Shown piece after piece: positions 1-13,349 of a stretch of DNA of 64,000 bases; position 1 is the first letter of the stretch, and each line of letters starts with the position of its first letter. The notes below the pieces were generated by a model, which saw nothing but the letters and a program-made list of their open reading frames with translations, was not told the DNA's origin and did not search any database. Origin of the DNA: Candidatus Eiseniibacteriota bacterium (GTDB lineage Bacteria > Eisenbacteria > RBG-16-71-46); NCBI GenBank assembly GCA_963776245.1, contig CAVZLN010000006.1:96001-160000 (forward strand), written 5' to 3'. Position numbers and translations under genes: made by a program.

Positions 1-121
1 CGCCCTTCTCGAGGAACTCGACGGTGCGCCGCATGGCCTGGTTCAGGGGCAGGTACGCCGCGCGGATCGAGGCCCAGTCCTCGGTCAGACGCTGCTTGGC
101 GATGACATCCCAATCGGCCAT
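1..121 (-). CDS. hypothetical protein, 5' part only (runs off window start)
   Basis: ATG at 121 preceded by GGAGGGAGG Shine-Dalgarno; open frame MADWDVIAKQRLTEDWASIRAAYLPLNQAMRRTVEFLEKG with GC-biased codons; absent from the ORF track because it is truncated. Confidence 0.6.
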   Translation of the reverse strand, partial: MADWDVIAKQRLTEDWASIRAAYLPLNQAMRRTVEFLEKG

Positions 122-341
122 TCGTTCCTCCCTCCGCGAGCCCGGTTCGATGCCGGCGCCGGCATGCGACCGGCCGCAGTATAGCCGTGCCCCGCCGCGC
201 CCTCCAAGCGTGCCGGGACGCGGAGCGCGCCTCGCGCTCGCGGGCCGCCGGGCGCCGCCCGCGGGCCTGTGCTATCGTGGCGCCGCTTCTGTCCGGTCGC
301 GCCCACGTCCCCCGCGCGGCTCATCCAGCCTGGAGGTCCCG

Positions 342-1456
342 ATGCGTGATCCGCGCAGTGCGAAGTTGGCCGAGGTGATCGTGCGCCATTCGGTGCGCGT
401 GCAGCCCGGGGAGGCGGTGCTGGTCGAGGCGTTCGACGTCCGCGACGGTCTGGTGCTCGACCTGGTCGACGCGATCCACGACGCCCAGGGCATCCCGCTG
501 GTGTTCCTGCGCGACAACGCCCTCAATCGCGCGCTCATGACGCGCGCCGACGAGGCGTACTTCAAGCTGCAGGGCGAGATCGAGCTGGCGCAGATGCAGA
601 AGGCGCAGTGCTACGTGGCGATCCGCGGCGCCCACAACAGCAGCGAACTCGCGGACGTGCCGGGCGAGAAGATGGGGCTGTACACCCGGCTGGTCGCGCA
701 GCCGGTGCACCTCACCTACCGCGTCAACCAGACCCGCTGGGTGGTGCTGCGCTACCCGACCGCCTCGATGGCGCAGATGGCGGGGATGAGCACCGACGCG
801 TTCGAGGAGTTCTTCTACCGGGTGTGCACGCTCGACTACGCGCGCATGGCGGACGCCATGCAGCCGCTCAAGGCGCGCATGGACCGCACCGACGCCGTGC
901 GCCTGAAGGGCCCCGGCACCGACCTGCGCTTCAGCATCCGCGGCATCGGCGCCGTCCCCTGCGAGGGCCGCCGCAACCTGCCCGACGGCGAGTGCTTCAC
1001 CGCCCCGGTGCTCGATTCGGTCGAGGGCACCATCGCCTTCAACACCCCGTCGCTCTACCTCGGCGTGACCTACAAGGACCTCGCGTTCACGTTCGAGCAC
1101 GGCCGCATCGTGAAGGCCACCGGCGATCCCCAGGACAAGCTGCTCGAACTGCTCGACACCGACGAGGGCGCGCGCCGCGTCGGCGAGTTCTCGCTCGGGT
1201 TCAATCCCTACGTGCTCCACCCGATGAAGGACACGCTGTTCGACGAGAAGATCGCCGGCTCGCTCCACTTCACGCCCGGACAGGCCTACACCATCGCCGA
1301 CAACGGGAACCGCTCCCAGATCCACTGGGACCTGGTGCTGATCCAGCGGCCGGAGTACGGCGGCGGCGAGATCTGGTTCGACGGCGAACTGGTGCGCAAG
1401 GACGGGCGCTTCGTCACGCCCGACCTCGAAGGACTGAATCCCGAGCGCCTGACCGC

Positions 1457-1460
<4 letters not shown>
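342..1460 (+). CDS. aminopeptidase, peptidase M29 (AmpS/AmpT) family
   Basis: GGAGG before ATG 342; motifs NLPDGECFTAP, GARRVGEFSLG, TLFDEKIAGSLHFTPG, NRSQIHWDLV. Confidence 0.9.
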
Positions 1461-3393
<1,933 letters not shown>

Positions 3394-3424
3394 GGCGCCC
3401 TCCCGGCGCCCCCCGCGCCACGCT

Positions 3425-3454
3425 TTGACGTCCGCCGGGCGCCGGCGCTAGTCT
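3425..3454 (+). promoter_or_regulatory. sigma70-type promoter TTGACG-N18-TAGTCT, 6 nt before the BMC-T start codon (leaderless)
   Basis: hexamers read directly; no Shine-Dalgarno between -10 and ATG 3461. Confidence 0.6.
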
Positions 3455-3460
3455 GCCGCC

Positions 3461-4103
3461 ATGGCCGACGTGACCCTGCGCACCTATATCTTCCTCGACG
3501 ACCTGCAGCCCCAGCTCGCCGCCTTCATCGGCACCACCGCGCGCGGCTTCCTGCCGGTGGCGGGCGTGGCCTCGATGTTCATCGAGACCGCGCCGGGGCT
3601 CATCATCAACCGCATCACCGACGTGGCCCTCAAGGCCACCAGCTGCACCCCCGCCATCATGGTGGTCGAGCGCGCCTTCGGACTGCTCGAGATCCACGAC
3701 CACGACAAGGGGCAGGTGCAGCTCGGCGGCGCAGGCGGTGCTCGACTACCTCGGGCTCCAGGAGCACGACCGCGTCAAGCCGCGCCTGGTCTCGGACCAG
3801 GTCATCCGCTCGGTCGAGTCCTACCACGCCCAGCTCATCAACAAGATCCGCTACGGCGACATGCTGCTGCCCGGCGAGTCCCTGTTGATCATCGAGACCG
3901 AGCCGGCGGGCTACATCGCCTTCGCGTGCAACGAGGCGGTGAAGGCGGCGCGCGTGAAGCTGCTCGACGCGCAACTGTTCGGCGCCTTCGGCCGCATGTA
4001 CCTGTCCGGCCCCGAAGCGCAGATCGACGCCGCCCGCGAAGCGGCCGTGCGCGCGCTGGAGACCATCAAGGGCGTGGCGGCGCCCAAGGGCGCGGGGCAC
4101 TAG
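3461..4103 (+). CDS. bacterial microcompartment shell protein, tandem BMC-T (double-stacking CcmP/CsoS1D-like type); one +1 indel near 3722
   Basis: [56 protein letters not shown] match BMC-Tdp proteins; ORFs 3461 and 3738 join after removing one base. Confidence 0.85.
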
Positions 4104-4367
4104 AGGGCGTGGGCCACGGTTGACGCGGAGTTGCCCGGGTCTAGAACGAACCGGACGCCGCCGCTCGGAACTCCTCAGTGGAGACGCGCCGCGGGACGGC
4201 GACCACCGATCTTCGCCATGTCGGGCCATGCCAGACGTCGATTCCGCCCTTCCGAGGCGGTCCATTGGGGCGGGTCAAGCACAAGCCAGACCAAGCCAGG
4301 TTCTGGGTTATGCTGTCACCTACTGTCCGGCGCCTAGATCATCCGACACGGAAGGCGGTGCCACCTG

Positions 4368-4878
4368 GTGGACTTGAACTCCTGGACCGCTCTATTCACC
4401 GGAGTCACAGCGCTGGCGACCGCGCTAGCGGCTTGGGCGGCCTTGTACCCGCTGTACCGGAATCGCAAGGCACCGATTATCGCCTACGGCTTCGACGTCG
4501 ATCTTCGGAATAAGCACGCGCAGCCTACTCATGGGGCGTCCGGGTCGATTCTCCCGAACTGAAGCGGTTCAGTCCTCCGGATCTTCAACCCACGACTGGT
4601 GCCGATTACGGTGAATCAAGTCTACTTTCAAGCCCTAGCCTCTGACCAGTGTGCGCGAGGTCATCCTCCACGACACCGCATTCCGCGCTGAGCCGGGGTG
4701 ACAGCACTTACACATCTATCGCAAGATGAGACCCGATCTTGTTCCGGATCGCACACAGGTCTTCCTCGTCGTTGAAGGCCTCGGCTGGATGCGCCGAGTT
4801 GATCAGCTCAAGGACCATGAAGGCGACTGGGGATCCTGCCAGCTCCCACCCCTCATTGAGCGGACGAAGTCGAATTGA
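4368..4878 (+). pseudogene. degraded membrane-anchored hypothetical protein
   Basis: N-terminal TM helix (WTALFTGVTALATALAAWAALYPLY); frame continues past TGA 4560 as SVLRIFNPRLVPITVNQVYF; after a frameshift continues EVILHDTAFRAEPG, TGA 4699, QHLHIY... to TGA 4878. Confidence 0.4.
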
Positions 4879-5050
4879 CTATGTTTTGGGCAGTTCGTCG
4901 TAGAGCTGCCACATGTGGGCTACCTCGCCGGCGAGCGGTGGTGCCTCGCCATCGCAAGGCTCAGGTGCCGGTCTTGCGTAGACTCCCTCGAGCTTCTCCG
5001 GGAGACAGCGCAGCGTACGTGCGTCGGCCGCTATCAAGCGAGGCCTCGCG

Positions 5051-6592
5051 ATGGAACTGGTGGGCAATCACCTCACGTTCGAGCTCGGGGACAGGTTTGC
5101 TTCCGGTGGGTTCGCGCACGTTCACCGGGGTATTCGCAAGGACACCGGCACTCCGGTCAGCGATCAAGGCTCGCGATGAGCTTCCCGCACCCAGAAGTGG
5201 CTGTCTTCCTTCGCTGAAGCTGAAGCCGCCACCGCAATCTCATCCGAACGCGTGGTGCGCGTCCCCTCGATTGGGGTGGCACACCCCCATTCATCGCGAT
5301 GGAGCTCGTTCGAGCCCCCACCCTGGCGGAGGAGATTCAGCGCAGAGGTGGCGCCGAAACACTCTGGAGTGAACGGGAGCTCGTTCCGCTCTGGATTGCG
5401 CTCAGCATCGGAATGGAAGACGTCAACGCAGCGCTCTGTGCACCGAGACCTCTCGCGCGCAATGTCTTCCTCGACGGCAGCACGCAGCAAGATCGCCGAT
5501 CCGTCCAAGCATGTGGACCAGAGCACTGGCAGGGTGACATTCGGGGAACCGGAACACACGCCTATGCTGCGCCGAGTGCATCGCTGGACGTCGTGCGGAA
5601 TTGGAAGGCCGATCAGTACTCCCTTGGCGTCCTCTTCTTGAACTCGCGACGCTCGCTGCCACTTCCCGGCGGCGACTCCGAGGTGCTCAGCCACCATCTG
5701 TACACGATCCCTCCGGCGGTTCGACCCATTCCCGCCACCACCCCTGCTCCGAGGCCCTTGCGACCGTGGTCGCCCGGATGCTCCGAACTCCGGACGATCG
5801 TTACCCAGCTGGGATGCCATGCATCGACGCCCTGCAGCTGCCGGAATCCCGTCAGCACAGCGACGCGAGAAGCCCTGGTGATCGCGAAGAGCGTGGCTGA
5901 ACAAATGGCCTCACTTCGAGCCGCAGCAGCGAAAGCGCAGCGACTCGAAGACGAACGCCAGCGACTGCTTCACGACCGTCAGCAACTCCTCAAGTACTGG
6001 GCCGCGAGGCTCCACCGAAGCGCTGCCGGAGTAGTTGATCAGGTGAACACTCATTTGAACGACAACGCCCTCCAGATTGGCAAGCTGCTCCCTCTTCCCA
6101 AGGGCGACTACATCCAATTCCGGATCACGTTCCTCGACAAACATATCGAGATCTTGCTTGCGACCTTGCCGAACAATGCCCCCGAGGATCCGCGCCTCTG
6201 GGGCTACGGAGCCATGCAGACATTTGGTCGCAGTTGGACATCGAACTTCCTCATGCGAAGTGACCCAGCGCCTTATGGAACGCTGTGGTCCATCGACTTG
6301 AGGCTGAATGCGCGGGCTGCGCAATCGACGCAGGGGCTCCTATGATCAAAAGGGTGGCAAGTACGCCCATCTGTGCGATGGCTATGTTCTGGCTATGGAT
6401 GCGGTTGCCATCGTCGCACAGCATGAGATCAAGAACTCCATGCATGTAGTGCAGTGGGAAGAGCAGCCCTGTGACTTCGATGCCTTGATCACCTCGACCC
6501 TCAAGGTGCTCGTTGAAGACGCCGCGATCCCCCGACCACCCGCGCAGCCGCGCGATGTCCGGCGCCGCTCACCGTTCGGCGACTTCCGCTAG
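5051..6592 (+). pseudogene. Hanks-type Ser/Thr protein kinase with coiled coil and Stk2-like C-terminal domain, multiply frameshifted
   Basis: subdomains in order across frames: FASGGFAHV (5096), V-AIK (5156-5168), HPN-VVRV (5241), FIAMELV, VHRDLS (5438), NVFLD (5461), KIAD (5489), GTHAYAAP, ADQYSLGVLF, RML-PDDRYP. Confidence 0.8.
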
Positions 6593-6667
6593 CCACGTCC
6601 CCGCTCCTCTGTATAGCCATCTACCCGCGAAGTCCAAACGACCACAACTAGGGGACCGCATCGCGTC

Positions 6668-7441
6668 TCAACTGGCTACGCTCCCCGTCATCCCCGCCAG
6701 CCAGCGGTCGATGATCACCTCGCTCACGGTCCGGCGGCGCAGCCAGGCGTCCTCGGCGCTGGCGTCCGCGGCGAACGCCTCGAGTTCCTCGCGCAGGCGG
6801 CCCAGCACCTCGGCGCCGGCGTCCGCCGAGAACCCGTACACGGCCCCCGAGGACTCGCGCACGCCGTCGCTCGTGATCAGGCGCAGTCCGAGGTACTCCC
6901 CGGGCTCGAACGCGTCGGAGAGATCGGGATCGGCCAGCGTGAGCGACTCACTCGGCTCGAGCGCGTCCCGCAGCGTGAGCGTGGCGCCCGGCGCGTCGTC
7001 CACCCGCTCGTAGAGCCGCAGCGGCTCGTCGCGCAATGCCTCGATCAACGCCCGCTGGTCGGCGGTGAGCGTGGCACCCTCGGCGCCCAGCACCAGATCC
7101 GCGACCCGGCGCTCCACCTTCTCGCCGCCCTCCTCCAGCTCGAGCGTGCCGTCGGCGAGCAGCCACTCGCCCACGTTCAGGTCGATCATCTCCTGCTCCC
7201 GCGCCCCGAGGTGGGCGATCCGCTCCTGCTCCTCATCGCCGAACGACGCGAAGTAGCCCTCCACCACCGCGGCCTCGTACTCCTTCGGGTGGCGCTGTTC
7301 CACCCAGTCGAGCGCCGCTTCCAGCCCCTGATAGCGGTGACGCTGCCGCGCCGCCTCGTCCTCGTGGCGGCGCAGGCAGCACTGCTTGTACTTCTTCCCG
7401 CTCCCGCACGGGCACGGGGCGTTCCGGATCAGACCGCTCAT
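6668..7441 (-). CDS. SEC-C (SWIM) zinc-binding motif protein
   Basis: N-terminal RNAPCPCGSGKKYKQCC; host-like codon usage; AAGGA before ATG 7441. Confidence 0.8.
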   Translation of the reverse strand: MSGLIRNAPCPCGSGKKYKQCCLRRHEDEAARQRHRYQGLEAALDWVEQRHPKEYEAAVVEGYFASFGDEEQERIAHLGAREQEMIDLNVGEWLLADGTLELEEGGEKVERRVADLVLGAEGATLTADQRALIEALRDEPLRLYERVDDAPGATLTLRDALEPSESLTLADPDLSDAFEPGEYLGLRLITSDGVRESSGAVYGFSADAGAEVLGRLREELEAFAADASAEDAWLRRRTVSEVIIDRWLAGMTGSVAS

Positions 7442-7476
7442 GCAGCGTTCCTTCGTGTGGGGGACAGTGGCCGACG

Positions 7477-7509
7477 GGTCGCTAGAACAGCTCGCGCTGG
7501 GGCCACAGG
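7477..7509. repeat. imperfect direct repeat copy 1 (orphan copy of the DUF72 gene 3' end)
   Basis: ggtcgct-agaacagctcgcgctggggccacagg; encodes LWPQRELF-stop on the minus strand, the same terminus as the DUF72 gene. Confidence 0.8.
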
Positions 7510-7783
7510 TCCTGGTGCGGGAGACACCCCGCGCGCGACATCGCGGCCCTCCCTCGTGACGGCACCTGACACAAACCTGTGGAAGGCGGAGCGCATGCCC
7601 GCGCTGGCTCGCGCGGCCCAGGCGCTCCGGGACTCCGTGGGCTAGCACCTACTTCGCAGCTTGCCGAAGCGCGGTCAGGGAGTTCCGTCCAGCTGTAGGC
7701 CGTACCGATCATAGGCCCGCACCCCCGCCGCGCCCCACCGTCGTCGCGCCAGAAAGATAGCTGACCTGATAGTGAGAGAGGGA

Positions 7784-7792
7784 TGCTATGAT
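7784..7792 (+). promoter_or_regulatory. extended -10 element TGcTATGAT upstream of the tail-fibre-like gene
   Basis: near-consensus TGnTATAAT in an AT-richer spacer. Confidence 0.45.
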
Positions 7793-7878
7793 TTGAATAG
7801 AGTCTCGGAGATGTGTTCGCGTGGATGGCCGCTCCACGTCGAAGGAGGCGGTGCTCAGCGGCCGGATTGGAGCCGCCG

Positions 7879-9657
7879 ATGCTCTGCCTGAGCCCTTCGC
7901 CCCCCCGCCGACTCGAGCCATCACGCCACTTGCTGCTGGGGGCCGCGCTCGCCATCGCGCTTCTGTTGCCCGCCATGTACGCTGGCGTGGTCGACGCCCA
8001 GGCCCCTCGCACGCTTTCGTACCAAGGCGTGCTTGCCGACAGCAGCGGCACGCCGAGGCCCGATGGCGCCTACTTGTTCACCTTCAGACTCTATGTCTCG
8101 CCGTCGGGAGGCACCGCGATCTGGACGGAAGCGAAGACTTTGTCATTGAAGAATGGGCTGTTCCATACGGTCCTCGGCGACTTGACTCCTATCGACGCTT
8201 CGGTTGCGTTCGACAGACCATACTGGTTGGGATTCAGGTCGGGAGTTCCGCCGAGATGACTCCGCGGACTCCATTGTCCGCTGTGGGCTACAGCATCATG
8301 GCCCTTGGCGTTCCGGACAGCTCAATCCTCTCGAGGAAGATCGCGCTCGAGCAGGTCGTGCGGAGTCTGGGCGGACTCCAAGATGACGTCGCGATCCAAG
8401 TGACCGACGTGGCAACCCTGCTCAGGTCCAGCAAGGGCGAGATAGCCGGCTTGGGCCTGGTCGTTCGGTCACTCAACGGCCTTAGCGGCAACATCACGCT
8501 CCAGGGCGACAGTGGGACGACCGTGACTTCAAGCGGCAGCACAATCACGATCGGAAGTGCCCCGGGATCCGGAGTCCGGGAGATCCAGAACGCGGACGGC
8601 ATGCTGAGCATCACGAACCCGACTGGGCCGACGACGGGGGTCAACATCGCTCTGCCTCTCTGGCTGGAGAGTGAGACGACTGACCCTCTCATGACCGTGC
8701 AGCAAGATGGGTGGGGTCTAGGTGGCAGCTTTCACGTCAGCAATCCCAGCAATGACGCCCCGGCTCTCTGGGTCACGACCAGCGGAACTGGACCCGCGGC
8801 CATCTTCGAGAACACCAACGCGTCACTCTACAGTGGAGGTGCCGCCGTCTTCGAGGCCTCGGGTCGGGCCTTGTACGCTCACTCATTCAATGACTGTGCG
8901 GTCAACATCTCCTCCAATGCGACCGGCGGAATGGCCGCACTTCAGGTAGAACCCGGTCTGGGGGGCCACGCGGCCTATTTCGGAGGCTCGGTAAACATGA
9001 CGGGGGATTTCGGACGTCGGCGGAGACGCTTACGTCCTCGGAAACCTGGCAGTCGGAGGATTGATCTACGGAACCTTCGCTGGACCTGCACCCGCACTCA
9101 AGATCGATCACCCGCTCGAGCCGGCGACGAAGTACCTCGTGCAGGCCGCCGTCACAGGCCCGGACATGATGAATACGTACAATGGGAATGCCGTGCTGGA
9201 CGCGATGGGTGAAGCATGGGTAGGGCTTCCCGAGTACCTGGAGGCATTGGACGAGGACTTCCGCTACCAGTTGACCGCCATCGGAGCACCTGGACCCAAC
9301 CTCTACGTGGCCGATAAGGTCTCGAATCACCGCTTCCGGATCGCGGGGGGCACGCCGGGTCTCGAAGTATCGTGGCAGATCACCGGCATTCGAAAGGACC
9401 CGTGGGCGGTGGCCAACCGCCTCGTTCCTGAGGTCGAGAAGGCTGGTGCCGAGCAGGGCCGGTACCTGCACCCAGAGTTGTACGGGAGGCCTCCCGAGTC
9501 GGCAACCGGCTGGAAGATGGCGCGGGCTCAGCCGGCTCCGGCGGTGACGGAGCAGCCGCATGGTGTGAAGGCGCTTGAGGCAGAACTGATGAGGCGCGCG
9601 AAGACCCATCTGTCGTCCAGCCGCACGCGGGCGGCTCACCCGGCCGGCGGTAAGTGA
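7879..9657 (+). CDS. secreted tail-fibre/collagen-adhesin-like protein; indels near 8230 and 9008
   Basis: signal peptide; N-domain LSYQGVLADSSG...FTFRLY...GGTAIWTE...NGLFHTVLG; VVRSLNGLSGNITL repeats; Gly/Ser-rich stalk; C-domain KIDHPLEP...LDAMGEAWVGLPEY...FRYQLTAIG...VSWQITGIR; start uncertain. Confidence 0.65.
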
Positions 9658-9660
9658 GCG

Positions 9661-10221
9661 ATGCGGACCCTACGGATTATCCAGGCGGCCGTATTGCTGG
9701 CGACGTCTGGGCTCGGGCGAACAGCGTTCGCTTCCGAATCCCTCCCCTGGTCCTCGTTCGACCAGGGACTTGCCGCGGGCATTTCTGGCGGCGTCGCATG
9801 TGCCGGAATCACCGGTCAAGCCTTCGCGGGAACGACGGGCAATTCGGAAAGTTCGATCTCAGCAGGGTTCTTTGGGAACGCATCTGTCCGTGCGGTTGCT
9901 GTCACCGCGGTCCCGAGCGCACCTCTCGTAGGTGGCCAAGCAGCGCTGCTCTATCAGAACTTCCCGAACCCCTGTCGCCTATCGACCGTGATTCGCTTCC
10001 AACTGCCTCGCCCCGCGCACGTCAGCCTCAAGGTGTTCAGCGTTCAGGGCCAGAGGCAGGCAACATTGGTGAACGAGAATCGGACGGCTGGGCCATACGA
10101 GTTGGACTTTGGGATCGGGGCGCTTTCACCTGGCCTGTATTTCTATCGACTCGAGACCGTGGAAGTGGGGGCATCGGCAGCGCACCGAATTGAGACGAGG
10201 AAACTCGTGGTACTGAGGTAG
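9661..10221 (+). CDS. small secreted protein with T9SS type A / FlgD-Ig-like C-terminal sorting domain
   Basis: signal peptide; LYQNFPNP...STVIRFQLP...VSLKVFSVQGQ...LSPGLYFYRL...TRKLVVLR. Confidence 0.8.
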   Translation: MRTLRIIQAAVLLATSGLGRTAFASESLPWSSFDQGLAAGISGGVACAGITGQAFAGTTGNSESSISAGFFGNASVRAVAVTAVPSAPLVGGQAALLYQNFPNPCRLSTVIRFQLPRPAHVSLKVFSVQGQRQATLVNENRTAGPYELDFGIGALSPGLYFYRLETVEVGASAAHRIETRKLVVLR

Positions 10222-10264
10222 GACTCGAAATACATCCACCGACCGCAGTACCCTCGCGTGCCCC

Positions 10265-10298
10265 GGTCGCTCAGAACAGCTCGCGCTGCGGCCACAGG
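10265..10298. repeat. imperfect direct repeat copy 2 (3' end of the intact DUF72 gene)
   Basis: ggtcgctcagaacagctcgcgctgcggccacagg; one indel and one mismatch versus 7477-7509. Confidence 0.8.
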
Positions 10299-11068
10299 CT
10301 CTTCGGATCCACGACCGTGAGCCCGAGGCGCCGCTTCATCTCGTGGGCGCTGGCCGGCGAGTGTCCGGCCCAGTGGTTGTTGAAGTACCCGAACACCTCG
10401 CGCACCTCGGGCAGCACGCGCTCGAGGTCGCGCTCCCAGGCGTCGAAGGACTCGCCGCGCTCGATCTGGACGTGGGTGTAACGCCCGATCTCGCTCCGGT
10501 CGCCGAGCCAGCGCAGGTAGAGGAAGTCGGCGGTCACCTCGGTGACGCGCGGCAGATCGCGCCACTCGGTCCACGCCACCGCCACGTTGTGCTTGCGCAG
10601 CAGGTCCCAGATCGGGGCCGCGTGCCACGAGCGGTGGCGGAACTCGACCGCGATCCGCGTGTCTTCCGGACGGGCGGCGAGAAAACGTCCGAGCAGCCCC
10701 TCGGTGCCCGCGTCGCGGATGAACTCCGCGGGCAGTTGCACCAGCAGCGGGCCGAGCTTGGGGCCGAGCGGCTCGAGCGCCTTCACGAAGGCCTGCAGTT
10801 GCTCGCCCATCTTCGACAGCCGCGCCACGTGCGTGATGCTCTGCGGCACCTTGGCCGAGAACCGGAAGTGCGCGGGCACGCGCTTCTCCCACGAGCGCGC
10901 GATGGCGGCCTTGGGCGGGTGGTAAAACGTCGTGTCGCACTCGACGGTGTCGAACACCTTCGAGTAGAACGGCAGGTAGTCCTCCTGCTTCGCGTACGGC
11001 GGGTAGAAGCACCCGATCCAGTCGGGGTACGCCCACCCCTGCGTGCCGAGCCGGATGGTGGTGGCCAT
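10271..11068 (-). CDS. DUF72 (YecE-like) TIM-barrel protein
   Basis: IRLGTQGWAYPDW, FDTVECDTTFY, FRFSAKVPQSITH, LGPLLVQLP, AVEFRHRSW, YLRWLG, GYFNNHWAG. Confidence 0.9.
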   Translation of the reverse strand: MATTIRLGTQGWAYPDWIGCFYPPYAKQEDYLPFYSKVFDTVECDTTFYHPPKAAIARSWEKRVPAHFRFSAKVPQSITHVARLSKMGEQLQAFVKALEPLGPKLGPLLVQLPAEFIRDAGTEGLLGRFLAARPEDTRIAVEFRHRSWHAAPIWDLLRKHNVAVAWTEWRDLPRVTEVTADFLYLRWLGDRSEIGRYTHVQIERGESFDAWERDLERVLPEVREVFGYFNNHWAGHSPASAHEMKRRLGLTVVDPKSLWPQRELF

Positions 11069-11069
11069 G

Positions 11070-11981
11070 CTAGCGGCCCTCCGGCGCCGCGTGGCGCTCG
11101 CCCGCGGGCACGCCGGGGCCGCGCCCCAGCAGCGCGCGATCGAAGAACGCCGCGAGTGCGCGCTCGTAGTCCGCGCGCCCGCGCAGCCAGCCCTGGTTGT
11201 GCCCCACGCCTTCCAGCAGCCACAGGGGGTCCTTGCCGCCCGCGGCGCTCCACAGCCGGCGCGCGTGCTCGGGCGAGAGCCGGTCATCCTCCAACCCGTG
11301 GATGAAGAACACCGGCCGGTCGCGCAATCGTGCCGCCCAGATCGTCACGTCGAATCCCCCCGGATCGAGCCCGGTCACCGCGCGCGCCAGCACCCGCGCC
11401 ACGCGCCCGCCCCAGCGCGGCATCCGCGCCCAGCGCTGCGAGGAGTCCTCCAGCGCCAGCGCGCCGTCGGCGAACGCGCCGTCCACCGCCACCGCGGACA
11501 CCCGAGGATCCGCCCCCGCGAGCCGCAGCGCCACCGCCCCGCCGAGCGACTCGCCGAACACCCCGATGCGGTGCCCCGCCAGCGCGGGCTCTCGCATCAT
11601 CCACGCCAGCGCCGCCTCGCCGTCGGCGATCTCGTGATGGCCGAGGGTGGTGGGCAGCCGCCGGCCGCGGCGCGAGGAGCGGAAGTCCACCGCCAGCACC
11701 GAGTAGCCGGCGGCGTGGAGGAAGCCCCCGTAGCGCCACATGCGGGAGTGCGTGCGGCCGTAGCCGTGCAGCAGCAGCACGGCGGCGCGCTCGCGGCCCT
11801 CGAGCCACCAGCCGTCGAGCGCGTCGTGGTCCTCGATCGGGATCAACACCCGGCGCGCCCGGCCATCGAGGTCGGGCGCGCCGCCGAGATCGGTCGGCAA
11901 CGGCGGGTACAGGGCGACCAGCGCGGCGCCGCCGGCGATGCCGGTCATCGCGGCCCCGCCGAGCAGCGCCAGCTCGAACAT
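11070..11981 (-). CDS. alpha/beta hydrolase with N-terminal membrane anchor
   Basis: LLLHGYG, GYSVLAVDFR, nucleophile elbow GESLG, FFIHGLEDD, GVGHN. Confidence 0.85.
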   Translation of the reverse strand: MFELALLGGAAMTGIAGGAALVALYPPLPTDLGGAPDLDGRARRVLIPIEDHDALDGWWLEGRERAAVLLLHGYGRTHSRMWRYGGFLHAAGYSVLAVDFRSSRRGRRLPTTLGHHEIADGEAALAWMMREPALAGHRIGVFGESLGGAVALRLAGADPRVSAVAVDGAFADGALALEDSSQRWARMPRWGGRVARVLARAVTGLDPGGFDVTIWAARLRDRPVFFIHGLEDDRLSPEHARRLWSAAGGKDPLWLLEGVGHNQGWLRGRADYERALAAFFDRALLGRGPGVPAGERHAAPEGR

Positions 11982-12006
11982 CGCCTGCCCTCCGTCGCGA
12001 TCGGCT

Positions 12007-13320
<1,314 letters not shown>

Positions 13321-13349
13321 GGGACACCTCCTCTTGGAAACGGGCCGCT

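Larger units (their letters stand above)
4104..6667. other. lower-GC accessory insert with decayed or frameshifted genes
   Basis: GC drops (6001-6060 is 35/60 G+C versus 42/60 at 1681-1740); many A/T-ending codons; no integrase or transposase seen. Confidence 0.6.

Noticed and set aside
4560..4701. Selenocysteine or alternative-code readthrough of two in-frame TGA codons
   Set aside because: No redox motif context or evident SECIS; a frameshift lies in the same gene; TGA is the normal stop in neighbouring genes
4104..10264. Prophage or IS element
   Set aside because: No integrase, transposase, terminase or capsid gene; the fibre-like protein has a signal peptide, indicating a cellular product
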